This document shows positions 13,001-25,735 of a DNA stretch of 64,000 nt, one piece after another. The first letter of the stretch is position 1; each line of letters starts with the position of its first letter. The notes below the pieces were generated by a model. The model was not told the DNA's origin, did no database searches, and worked only from the letters and a program-made list of their open reading frames with translations. This DNA comes from Pelomyxa schiedti (lineage: Eukaryota > Protista > Evosea), in NCBI GenBank assembly GCA_020536535.1, contig JAHLWZ010000253.1, positions 1-64,000 of the forward strand. Reading direction: 5' to 3'. Position numbers and translations under genes: made by a program.

Positions 13001-15910
13001 CTCTGGACGAAGTAGAAGAACTGAAGAAGATCTTAGAAGTCTCTCAATCAAATGAAGAGAATTTACGTAACACTATTTCCCGTCTCGAAAGTGAAACTCG
13101 TGAAGTAACATTCCTTGTGAATGATGGAGTAAACTGATTTTCCGGCAGACTCAAGCTCAACTCGAATCTGTGAATAAATCACTCGAAAAAGTACAACAAG
13201 AACTGAAGCAAGAATATGAACAACATAGTGGCACTAAAGAAAACCTCGCTGTTATTCAAAAAACATTAGAGAAGATGACTGACGAAAAAGAGGAGAGAGC
13301 TGCACAGTTTGAGGTTCGCGATTAGCCAGACTCAGCACAATCAATGAAGAAGATATTTAAATAGAAAGAGAATGGCAATTTAGATTCTGATCTGAAAGAA
13401 GCTCAGCTTAAGAGAGATTTCATATATCATATTTTGGCTGTGACACATGGAGAAATCCGAGTATAGCTTTGCAAACCACTAAAAAACAACTAATTTCACC
13501 AGGCAATGAAAGGGACAATAGCTCAACTCAACAAAGCTGTTTCAGATAGTAGAGCGACTAGCACGAGGCTATTTGAATCCTGCAATAGGAATTTGCAACA
13601 GGCATTGCAAAGAACGAGTATGTCTCCAACCAACCTTATTCACTGACTGCAAATGACTTAACTTTCACCATTCTTTCATTAGATAAAAGAACTGTTGAAG
13701 CTCTTAAGAAGTATCACAAAGAGTTACAAAAAAATCGGATTTTATACAATCAGATGCAAGATTTAAAAGGTTTCTTACCTGCTTTATATTTTTCTTTGTT
13801 CCTGAAGTCCCATTTTTCTTTCCGTTAAGGTTCCATACGAGTGTATTGTAGAGTGAGGCCTCTCTCCCAGCAAGAGGTGTGAGTCTGCATTAAATTATTC
13901 TGAACACATAGAAGGCTGTTGATGGTGCGTCAATGTACATATCTTTCCAGGACGATGACAAACTATGTTTGATGGACAAGGGTGTAAAAAAAGTGTTTGA
14001 ATATGACCGTGTTTACAGCCCCTCAGCAACTCAAGGTAAGTCACTCAACTGAGAGTTTGCCATTTATTATTCACCCTTCAATTACAGCGGACGTTTTCTT
14101 GGATACTGTGCCTCTTATAACTAGTGTTGTGGATGGCTACAATGTTTGTATTTTTGGTATTTTCCTGACGCTCAGCAAAAGTTGGATTTAATATATTCCT
14201 CTAGCCTATGGACAAACAGGCTCAGGAAAGACATACACAATGGTCGGTAGCATTCAACCAGCTCGATGCCTAACTTTTTTCTCACCAGGAAGGACCCCCA
14301 CATGACAGGGGTGTATATTTCCTTTCTTTGATGGAGCTTTTTAGAGTATGCAAAGAACGTTCTGTAGATTTACTCACAGAGGTTTTTTCTCGTTTTTTTA
14401 CGATCGTCCACTCATTGAGGAACAGATCAAAGTAAGCCTCCTCGAAATATACAACGAGCAGGTTAGGGACCTGCTTTTCACTTTAGGTGATGGGGAAAGA
14501 CCCGACAAGTATTTCAAACTCTTTCCTGTCTGTGTGACTTTACAAAATGTTTAGATATGACATTAAACAAGGTGAGTATGGTATGATGGTCCCTGGGGTA
14601 GTCTGTGTCAAAGTGACAAGTGTGGAGGAAGTAGCCAAAGTAGTCTTACTCATTCTCGTACCCTTTTTATTCATTGCCTCAGGTAATGCAAGTTGGAACA
14701 AAAAACCGTGCCACTGGTGCAACAAATCTTAATCTCCACTCTTCTCGTTCTCATGCGTATGACACCTTTTCTTCAATAATAGTAATTAACTGTATTTAGA
14801 TTGCTTGTTGTAGAGGTTGCAACCAAAAATATAGTTACGAAGGAGATTGTTAGAGGGAAACTTACACTAGTTGATCTTGCTGGTTCTGAGCGAGTGTCTC
14901 GATCTGGAGCTGAAGATGAAAGACTTGTTGAAGCTCAGCATATCAACAAGTTCACTCCCCTCACCCCTCAGCTCTCTAATCTCAAAAGATCCCTCTCATC
15001 TCTCGGTGATGTAATACAAGGCCTAGTGAAGAAAGAACCACATATTCCCTATCGAAATTCGAAGGTAAAGCCCTACATAGTTACTTGTAGTAACTTCTTT
15101 CTTCAGTTGACATACCTCCTCCAAGATTCCCTTGGTTGCCCCCCTTTTTTAAACGCTATTGTAACTTACACAAATAGGAGGGAACTCGAAGACCCTCATG
15201 TTCGTACAAATTAATCCACACCCAGATAGTATTGGAGAGACAGTGTGTTCACTAAATTTTGCCTCCCGCGTACGCAACGTGGAACTTGGCCCTGCAAAGA
15301 GGCATATCGACTCCCCAGGACTTGTTTGCCCCAGTCCCGCAGAGTATGCAAGATGCAAGGCAAAAATAAAATTCCTGGAGGTAAGCATTGCACTGAGTTG
15401 CCTACCACAACAGAGCATTATCTAACCCAAAACCCACAGGATCAGTTGCAATTGCTTAAAGGGCCATCCACATCATCTCCTGAAGCAGTGCAGCAACTCC
15501 CACAACGCAGCACCACACCGCACACTGACACAGCCAACCGGACCCCAAGCCCCGATCACACACCAACCTCACCACATAAGCCACCACCCACACTGACATC
15601 CAATCACCAACCACCAGAGCAATCACCCACACCCCCACACCAAGATATCATCATCCCCATCCCCTCAGCAGCCACCAACCCACCTGTCATAGCCAGAGCT
15701 TCCACCCCATTATCACTAAGCAATCCACACGAAACACCACAACAAACAACAGCACCAACATCAACAACCAACAGTAACACGGCTCAGCAACAATCAACTG
15801 CAACTGCACCTGTAATCAAGCCAAATGTATCACATAAAGCAAGTGCGGCAGCACCATCCACGCGGTCTTCCTCAGGTACACCTTCTTCCTCCAGGAAAAA
15901 AACGTCCTGA
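10061..15910 (+). CDS. Kinesin-14 (C-terminal motor, KIFC3/KCBP-like) with long N-terminal coiled coil; start exon uncertain
   Basis: Neck [90 protein letters not shown]; E/K-rich coiled coil 10500-13750. Confidence 0.93.
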
Positions 15911-15953
15911 GAATCACCAAATTTTCCACTTTGTACAAAAAACACTTTTTTCC

Positions 15954-17384
15954 CTAGTCTACATCAAGTAGGTCATAAGTAACACCTGCTTCCTTGTTGG
16001 GTGATGTTGTGGTATCTGGGGCACTGTCTTCCTCCTCTAGTGGTGGACATTGTTGGGAACCAATTGACCCTGGGTTGATGGGAACATGTGACTCAGGAGA
16101 TGGAATTACGGGTGAGTCATCAGTGGGTGATTGGGATTGATTGGTTTCAGTGTCAGGAGAGGGAGAGCTTGGGGTATGATTCAGTGAAGGTACATTGTGA
16201 TCCCTTGGAATTTCTGGAGCAGGAGTGGTAGTGTGACTTCGGGAGGAGGAGACAAGATTTTCATATTCTACATTAGTAGGTTAGATATTAAGTGGAGAAT
16301 TATGCGGGGTTCATGCCTTCCCACATTCTCATGGAGCGTTCATGTTCTTCTTTATGGAGTTTCTGGCGTTCAGCAGCCTCGGCCTCGGTTCCACCAGTGA
16401 ACCTAGCAAAGAAATTTATCAATAACCACCAGAGAAAGAAACTATTGGTCACCAGGCATCCACTGTCCTTCTTTCTGAAGGAAAGACTGGCATGTCATCC
16501 AGATGCTTAAGAGTAGGAATCCTAGCGATCATTGCTTTGCGGTAGTTAGGGATAGTCTTCGTGATAGGATTTCCCATCAGAGTTAAAACTCCTAGGTTCT
16601 AAAGGTTTTGGGTTAAACAAAATACTAAGAAAAGGGAAAAGGGAGCAAACACCTAACTGGAAGGGAAGCCAAAACCTCAATAACGGTTTCATCTTTAATT
16701 CGATTATTACTTAAATCGAGAACTCTATTTTTCTAAGAGAGAATAAAAGAAGGGAGAGGTTACATAATGCTTGGGCATTCTGATAGGCCAGCAAGGTCTT
16801 CAGCCAAACAAAGGGAATTATTTGCAAGCTAAAAAAAGAAGTAAGAAGCAATGACTATACTAACCGTGCACTGATAAGTAAGCTACCAACAGACTGTGTA
16901 AGGAGACAAGACATTTGAGCCCAGATATTTTTCTGATGCAGTTGTTACAAAGATTGAGTGTATCGAGGTTTGTCAACAGTTCCAAATTCTCAATGTTCTC
17001 AATTAAATTGTGGTGGAGGTATCTATGCTATTGTTAAAATGTCGCCAAGGTAGGCGGAAAAAAACTGAAAGAAGAAATAAAACCACAATACAATTGCCTC
17101 AATTCCACCAGCTTCTCCAGGTTCTCAATCCGCGAAATGGCATTATTTTCCAGCCACAATACCTAAAAATAACATCGTAGTAAATTAAAAGGATATAACC
17201 AGCAGGGAACGAACGGCAAAGGTACTTTGACACCCGTGTACTCGTCGAGCTCCCCAATGTTTGTAAACCCCTTGAAGTGCAAAAACAACTGTGTGTTTAG
17301 GCATGGTGTCAGGTACTGGTCATTCTTAACACAACTATCCCGCACTGCGCCCCGTGTCATCAGCATTCCACCCCCTGAGCACAT
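15954..17384 (-). CDS. DNAAF1: Dynein axonemal assembly factor 1 (LRRC50/ODA7), leucine-rich repeat protein
   Basis: [91 protein letters not shown] match the DNAAF1 family. Confidence 0.9.
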
Positions 17385-17875
17385 CCCCAAGAGATCTCTT
17401 AAAACAAATCGGCTTCCCAGTTATCAGAAATGGCTGGCTTCTGAGTTCTCGCACCACAAGCCAGAACAATCAGGCATCCGGCAACTAGTGCCTGTTTTCG
17501 CGGGGTGAGGGCGCCACTTCCGACCATGCAGCGAGCCTCTGTCGACCACAAAAACAGCAGGTTGGCAGAATTAGCAGTGAATAGCGTTAACCGACGAGTA
17601 AGCAAGAAACAAAAGGGCAGTTGAGGTGGGCACTCTCACACCAGGTGTTGGGGACGATGGCACTGAACACCGCAACAACGACACTGCAGCAAGCGACACG
17701 AGATCTGCCTCGGCAACAATTCCCCGTGAAAATGACAACGTCGATGCTGCGTATGTGCACTCACAATTTCGTTACATAGAGCACCATTATCCAACTAACA
17801 TCCTTAAAAAAACCAAGTAGTAGCGACAACATCGCCAAAAACAACGAGTTAGCGTCTTCCGAAACGAGTGCTACT

Positions 17876-20800
17876 ATGACTACGACACCCAGTGCAGCGG
17901 TTGTCAGTCCAAGAATACGCTCCATGAACGAGACAGTCTGTTACCTCTCGTTCATCCAACGTTATGTTTACACGTACCTGCTCGGGAATGACTATCATAC
18001 TGCTGCGCAAGTACCAGGGGGGCCCTTTGCTTTTTGTTGCTGCAAAAGAAAAAGAGGAGGGAAGAAGTGGAGGACGGGTAGTGTTGTTCGGCACCTGAAA
18101 CATTTTGACAGTACTGAAATAGAGTTCATTGTCAGGATGGCTGAGGTTTACTACCCGTGGGGACAGAAAAAGACCCACAAGTGGCTCAAAAACAGAGTTG
18201 GGAGCATTACGAATGTGATAAATGTGTGTGCTGCTTACGGCACTCCCAGACTCGCAACTGAGTATCTCCTGAAGTTCCAGAGCCGGTTTCACTCTTTCCC
18301 TGCGTCCACTCCAGGTTTGTCTGACTGAGTGTTATTGTTGAAAGTGTTCTGCTGTGCACAATGTTGGTTGCATTTCTTGTGGCCCATCCCATCCTCTCGG
18401 CTCGCACTAATTTCATTACCCATAGGTGCCTTAGAATATGCCGTCGCCCATGCCCAGTATGAATTTGTCGAAGAGTGGGCCAAGGTTGTGCTTCCAGGCA
18501 TAATTTCACAACAATTTCCAGCAGCCGTCAGTTTCAATGAAAACAACAGCAGTGGCTGTGGGGCTGTTTTGCCATCAGCAGGTCAGACAGTGCTTAGTGT
18601 CATCCTGAGCCGAGAATGGAATGAAAATAACAGGAACCTCTGCGTTGCTGTGTGCATGGGAATTGCCACTTTAAGGCAACAGTTGATGATGGCAACAAGA
18701 CGAAATGACAACGAAACACTTAGGTGTTCTGAGGCACTGATGAGCGATCTGGTCCACTTCGTGGTGGTCAGAACACCAATGGAGGATAAGTGCAAGGTCA
18801 AAGATTTGCTAGAAATTGCTAGCGCAACAGGAGCCGTTCGAGTGGTGGAGGCCATTCTGCAAAAGGCCCCACCGAAAACCCAAATCATTTACAACCAGGA
18901 GACTTATGCCCTGTACCCGAATGCGTTCTGTTCTGCAGTGGCAGGAGGCCACCCGGAATTATGCAAGCTGTTTTTCAATATAGTGCCGCATAGGGAGGGC
19001 TGCCGTTACAATCGGAAGAACATCAGCACCATTCTTCTCAAGGCTGCATGCACGACCACCGAGAACTTTGTTGCAACCCAGCATGTAATACAAGAGATGT
19101 TTGAGTCAGACCCTTTGCGATGGGGCACTGCCGCAGACCCTCCAGAGTTCGCACGACAAGGATGGCCACAGTTTGAAAAATCGACCATTCTCAGGGCTGC
19201 TACACTCTCTGCGATGTGGAAAATCGTCAAAGTACTTGTCAGTGCCGATTTCAGTGACGAAGACGTTCAACAAAGCCTCCCGGATATTTTGGGATTAGTT
19301 GCAAGACACCACACTGAGGAAGCAAGGAACATGTTTGATGAGATTCTGTTGTGTTACCAAAAGCTACCATTAAGTGCCAATAAGTTGCGAGGCAAATCCG
19401 AAACCATCCTGAAATCAGTATGTGAAGGAAAAAATGCCGCCATCTTCCACTCGTTGATCAACCACCCCGACTTCAAGGCCCTGATGGATGGACCGTGCTT
19501 CACCGAGTTACTCGTCAACACATTGACACCACCTTCTGAGCACTTCCACCGAGCCTATGAAGACTTCATTGGGCTCCCCAATAGTCTGTTGGCATCACTT
19601 AAAGTCAAGCATTATGCAATCCCACAAAAGGAGAAACCATTCGAAATTGCAGAGGCATTGTTGCCCTTCCTCAGAGAAAAGATCAGAACTGGACAGGCAT
19701 TTATTATGAACGTTGCACTTGTGCAGTTGATAAAGAAGGGGTGCAGCAGTGAGGCGCTGCAGTGGTTGTCTTCAAATGACCTCTTTTGTACAAATGTGAT
19801 CCAGTACCCGGTCCTCCTGTTTGAAAAGGTGCTGAGTTCGAGGCCCGAGTCCACCAAAAAGGGTGGCACAGTTCACTGTCCCATTGGGTACAAGAAATTG
19901 AACAAGCACATCTTCACTCTGCAAGCAGTGTTGACTCCCTTGGCTCAGTTGTTCCGTGTTTATGATGTCAAGGTAACACTTTACAAGGTGACACACAGCG
20001 TTTGGCCTGTGACGCTATACCTCCTGAGTATCATCAACGACGAGTTTGGATTAGCCGCTGCCGAGTACGTGCGCAACAAGTTTACTGTCAAGATGCTTGT
20101 GGAAGCGGTTTTTGTTGATCTGAGCGTGTCTGGAAAATTTTTCAACATGGATGGCACAAGAGATTTGCCATCTCTTTTTGATTGGCTGGCAACAATCTGC
20201 CACCCTTATACAATGGCACGTGCTTTGAATGACTTTCTTCCTCGTGGAGGTTACAGTCTGCTTTCCAAGCATCCCAATCAAGAAGGGGTGGACATATTTT
20301 ACAGAAAAGCGAATTATCTGAAACCCCCAAGCCAGGATGAATCATGCTATGCAACAATGGGGAACAACTATTACTGCAGTGTTGGGGATACCGCGACTCC
20401 TCCCAACATGCAGCAACTTCGGCCCAATAAGCTGACCATTCCCACAAATTCTTGTTACTTGAGCACAACTCCTCCAGCACAGGGAAAGCGGAGGCGTGAT
20501 CGCCCTGCCACAAGGAAGAAGAAAGACGATTCAGCAGTTGCAGAAGCTGATTTGCGTACCGAGAGTCCTCATTCACACCATCGCAGTTATGTTGTTGTGT
20601 CTCCCGCCAGCTTCCAGACATCTTCCGCCGACAGCCAGAGCAACATCAAGACTACGGAAACGATAGAAACCTTCCTTGTTCCCCCGCTACCCTTCCCAAC
20701 ACCCAGTGCGCCCCCCCAACACACAAGTTCAGTGACCACTGACCAACATCAAACCAATGTTAACACTCAACACACATCAACGAATGTGCCTGCCAGTACC

Positions 20801-20893
20801 CAGAATGGTGACACCGAAGCTGCAGTAGAACCAGCAGGCCCCTCCCCCAAGATTTCCAGGACAAACAGCACAACAAACCAAAAGGCATTGTGA
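17876..20893 (+). CDS. Large ankyrin-repeat-like hypothetical protein, 2 exons (intron 18315-18425)
   Basis: Two in-frame ORFs joined by a 111-nt GT..CTAAT..AG intron; degenerate ANK motifs (ALEYAVAHAQYEFV, ASATGAVRVVEAIL, AVAGGHPELCKLF); S/T/P-rich tail. Confidence 0.7.
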
Positions 20894-21438
20894 AAAGAGA
20901 TTCAACATTCTCTGATTTCTGGCATAAATGGAAAGGGAAAAAAAAAGTGGTTGGTGGTTTTTTCTATTAGTTACTGGGGAAGATGACACGGCAATGGGGG
21001 GGGACGGGATGCTACGAACCTGGAGAGCTCCTCGACAGGCCCGGGTCACCTCTCCGCACCTATTCCCAATCTCCTCTCAACCCCAAGCTGATAGTTCCGC
21101 TCTGCCGGCAAAATACGAGAAGGTGTTCCGGAGGTCTAAATTGTGGGAAATTGCAAAAAATAGAAAATAGGTCCTTAGAACTTAGATTAGACGAACGGGA
21201 GAAGGAGCATTTGTTATTCTGCGAGTTTTCAACTAAAACTGATGTGACTGTTACCTCCTCGGCATCTACAACCTTGAACGTTTCCTGAGGAAAGAGTGCA
21301 AAAGTTGGTTCTGATCAGGGAGGTCTTCCCAACTTGGTTCTCTCTTTGAGGAGGAGTGAACTAACAGACACTGTCTCAATTGCACGGCTAGCACCCCCTA
21401 CCAATTGCCATTGGACTCTCAATCCCAACACAGAAGTG

Positions 21439-24400
21439 ATGCACCCGAGTTCATTCGAAACTGAAACATTGGAATCGACGTGCAAACTAACGATTGGCGA
21501 GATGCGGCCCCACGGGCACCACTGGGCGTCGTGGCAGCAGAGTCACCAGCAACAGCAACACCAACAACAACAAAAACAACACTCCAGGCATCAGCAGCAG
21601 CAACAACAACAACAATCCCCTTCCACTTCTGCTTCTTCCCGTGCCAGGGGAGAAAAGAGTGGTAATGTTGGTGGCGGCGGTTGTGATACGGGAGGGTGTG
21701 GGTCGGCGGTGGGGCGCCCGTCTCGCGTGGCTGGGCCGAATGTGCACCCTGCGTTTCACTGGTACACGCACCCTCTGTCGGAGCCTGACCAGCTGGGCGC
21801 CGTGCAATCTCGTGCGCTCACGCCTCCCTGCTAGTGTTCTTTCATTTTGCCTTGTTTAGTTGCATTGTTACTTCTCGTTTGCATTTTTTTTTCGCATGTG
21901 ACAAGTTTTGTGGTTTTTTTTTTTTTTTTTTTTTTAAAAAAAAGGTAATCCTGAAACTAATTGCAACAGCACCCATACCTTTCAGGAAATATTTCCCAGT
22001 ATTACCTCACCCCTATGAGTATGGCACTAAGAGTATCCGTAAATTTCTATGTGTTAACTCAAACCCTGTTTTAGGCATGTGTATGTACCCTGGTTCAACC
22101 CATGGTACTACTCGTTCTTTTTTCAGCCAGAACCAAAAAAGTTCAGAATAGACTGCACCACCTCCAGTCGCTCCACCACTTGCTCTTCCAGCACTGGGAC
22201 TACACTGAATAACTCCCAAGTTCAAGTTTCCTTGTCACCAGCTGCTCTTCCTTCAAGTGTGTGGTCATTTTGAACTCATATGCCACCGCTGATTTACATA
22301 ACATGACTTAAGCAAATATTGGGTCTCCTTTGGAGGATTCCACTGTGGCCTCTCCAGCACTCTCAGCACTCACAGAGTCAACCCCTTCAAGGGGTACAAA
22401 CACCTTGCCTTTTGACCCAAAATCCTGTTCAGATAGACCTGTTTGCCAGCAAGTAGATGTCGTATCTATTGTTACGCAAACAACTCATGAGAGTTTGGGA
22501 AGTGATTGTCAACAGCCACTCCCTCTTACCACACGCTCGAAAAATACATTGGCATCAAGTACAGATGATTTCAAAGTAGGTGTTACTGCCACACCAATGG
22601 AAAGTTCTTCCCTTCACAGTGGTATTTACTCTTTTCTTTTTTCAGGACGACTTTGAGTTTGTACCAGTTCACCCAATGAAATCATTTGATTTTGAGCCTA
22701 CCGCACTCACGATTAAGATACATACACCTACATTGCAGGTAAATGCCTATATTTTTTCTCCCACTCTTTTCAATCCCTTAGGTGGTACCGCCTTATGCAA
22801 TGTATACGACGCAAATAAATCTCAATGGAGAAGAGTGTCAGGGGCCTCTTATATCTTTGTTGGGTGCAGACCTTTGGTTTGGCCTTTCCGAAGTAACGCA
22901 TTTCTCCCAGTAAACTTAAACTATATCCTTTCTGTAGGTCCACAACCCCAAGTGGGTAGTGACACCCTTGGGTTCTACTGTCTCCTGGGTAGCAACGTTC
23001 AACTCTCCTGATGGGTTTCCAGAAAAGGTACTGTAACTTGTTTTTCCCTCTCCTGACTTTCAAAGCCTGCATCAGGTGAGTTACTTTTTTTAGCTCCAAA
23101 CCAAGAAGAGTTTACTGGAACTTGTACTTTCGAATCATTTCAATCAGGTTCAGTACCACCAATCACTGTTTCCATTAGTGGAAAAAAGGTAATCGGATTC
23201 TGCGTCTCTCCTTATAACACTGTCGAATCAGCTCAAGCAAGTCGTTCATTTAACATATAATATCATAATTGAAGATAAGACTGCACCTTGCCTGATGAGT
23301 ATTGTTGGAGACGATATTTACTTCAATGATGCTCAGGTAAGATGAACTTCTCTGAACATCAGTAGCTCACCACTTCTAGGTCCAAGAAGCAAACTGGAAT
23401 GATACAACACTACAATGGGAGAACAATGATGTTACAAGTGGAAAGGTTAGACAAATTCACATCTTATTTTATTTCATTTTGCTTTCTGACAGCCGATGTC
23501 TGCTTTTTTGACTTTCTCCCCAAATAGAGAAAAATTTTTGGGTGTCTTCAAGTACGACAGTGTCACTCCACTTAATGTCAAAGGATCTTTGAGAGAGCAG
23601 GTAATCTAACTCATCCCTTTTGGCATTTACTAACAGGCACAGGGAGATATAAGTATTGAAGAAATTCTTCAGTTCATTGAAGGAGCAAATGGCTCACCCC
23701 AATTATATGACAGAGTTAAAAACTCATTTACAGACATGGTAGCAATCACATATAGAGAAATTGGTAACTCAAACTAGAAAACCAGAATTGGACTCAGAGA
23801 GTTTAGTACCACAGTCTTTGGGAGACCAAATGCAAACCTTTCTCTTCTTGGTCACAGAATCTACTTCGATCTTATTGAGGTGTGCTCTACTGGTTAGATA
23901 GTACCTTATCCTTCATAGGTGCATAATCCAACATGGTCTGAAACCACAGAGGGGCAACGAGTTACGTGGTCTGCTGAAGATAACAGTCTTGATAGCTCCC
24001 CAAGTGGTAAGGTAAGGATTAAGGAAAACTATGGTACTGTATACCAATTGGAATCAGCCTCAAGCAGCAGATATTATTTTCTCCTCTCAATTTTCTTCAT
24101 TCTCTGGGTCTTGTCTTAGTGGCCAGAAGTGTATTGATTTCTTCAGTGGGCTTCTACTTGCAGATTCCACAGTTACTGATGAAAGAAAAGAATTATTTTC
24201 TCATTTATGGTAGATTCTTGCATCAAAGGCACTGTTGCAGTCATGCGTTAGAAGATTCTTTTCAACTCAACTACGCAGAGACTTTGTCCAATCATTTATT
24301 TCCCAGGTGCTTACACTTTAGTCAAAGAGACTCTTATTTCCCTTTTAGCTTCCAGATAAGAGGCCTGATTTCAATCTTGTGGCTCTCCTGTTTGATGAGG

Positions 24401-25613
24401 AATTTTCTATTCACAAAGTTCTAAATTTTTCCAAAGTACATGATACTACTTGGAACCTCATTGTGGATCCAGGTGCAAATCACATCCCACCCAACTTATT
24501 TTAAAAAAAAAAAAACAAAAACAAGAAAATTTGACTATCCCTGTGGATGGCGTTCCTCCATTCACACACCAAGTGCGAGCTATACAACTTGCTGTTTACT
24601 GTTCCACTGGTATTGGCGAAATGAGTTTCTCTCTCCTTAAACGTAGCAGGGCAAACATTTTCCACATCTTCAAACATGGTTATTTGTGTTCATACTCCTA
24701 CAAAAAAGTATCACTCAAAATTTTGCCATCCTAACTCCGTTCAAGGGCTTTTGAGTGGGAAGTGAATTGTCTTGGCGACCACACTGGATTTTTGCCACTT
24801 TTATTTTTTAAATCACCACATTCTTCTCACTGGGAAGCTCAAGTACGCAAAATGTCAGTGCACTCATCACTTATGCCTTACGGGCTTGATTTAGATTATT
24901 GCTGTTCCCGAGCGAGTTTATTCATGGCAAGATACCAAGTCTGGGTATAGATCATGTCTACTGGACGCATTGCCTATCCCTGGCATGCTGCACAAAGTGA
25001 TGATATTGAAGGCAAACCTAGTCAACACGTTCTTCAACTACACCTAATATTTTAGGTTATTGAGGCAAAAATATCAACCGAGTCTCAGGAAATCCCTGCT
25101 TCGTAAGGCTTAGTGGTTTCTGCGCTTATCCTTACCGTCTCCAAAGATATGTCATCATTGAGCACGGAACATTCAAGGGATTAACTACGGTTTCAAAAAA
25201 GACCCTTAATCCGACGTGGAATCAGTCCTTTACTATACCGCTCACACAAGCACTGGTGCGCGTTCGCGTAGTCAACAAGAACTTAATTTTCGATGATGAA
25301 ATCGGCGAGGTAATTCCCAACGTTAAGTTTTGTTGCCATTGTTATTCACATACCGCATCAAACTGTTCTAATCAACACAAAGGTGAATGTGAACCTCGAC
25401 TGTGGCATTACACCCTCAACAACAAGGGCACCGGCCCTCCCTCCTTTAGACAGCAGTGCATCAACACCATGGGTTCCACTACTCGTTGGTACTCCGGGTC
25501 CTTATCCACTACAACACAGAACCAGAAAAGGAGCCTCAGAAGCTGTACTTGTAGTTGGCACTATCCACCTAGAGTTTGACTTTGGCTATGAAGAGTACTT
25601 GAGAAAGTCGTAA
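21439..25613 (+). CDS. Multi-exon protein: polyQ N-terminus, three internal beta-rich repeats, C-terminal C2 domain
   Basis: C2 motifs LKVIEAK..YVIIEHG..TTVSKKTLNPTWNQSFTI..VRVRVVNKNLIFDDEIGEVNVNL; consistent GT-AG exon chain; 5' exon structure approximate. Confidence 0.75.
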
Positions 25614-25735
25614 TGAAGCCCTGAAAGCACCATCAGTACTAGAATACAAACAAGGAGTTGCCGGATGGTACTTCGCAAAATAATAAAAATTTGCCGTTGC
25701 TTACAGTATGTTTTTTCACAATACAATTTTTTCTT

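Noticed and set aside
18326-18328. In-frame TGA between two abutting ORFs (selenocysteine, readthrough or recoding?)
   Set aside because: It lies inside a 111-nt GT..CTAAT..AG intron (18315-18425) that preserves frame
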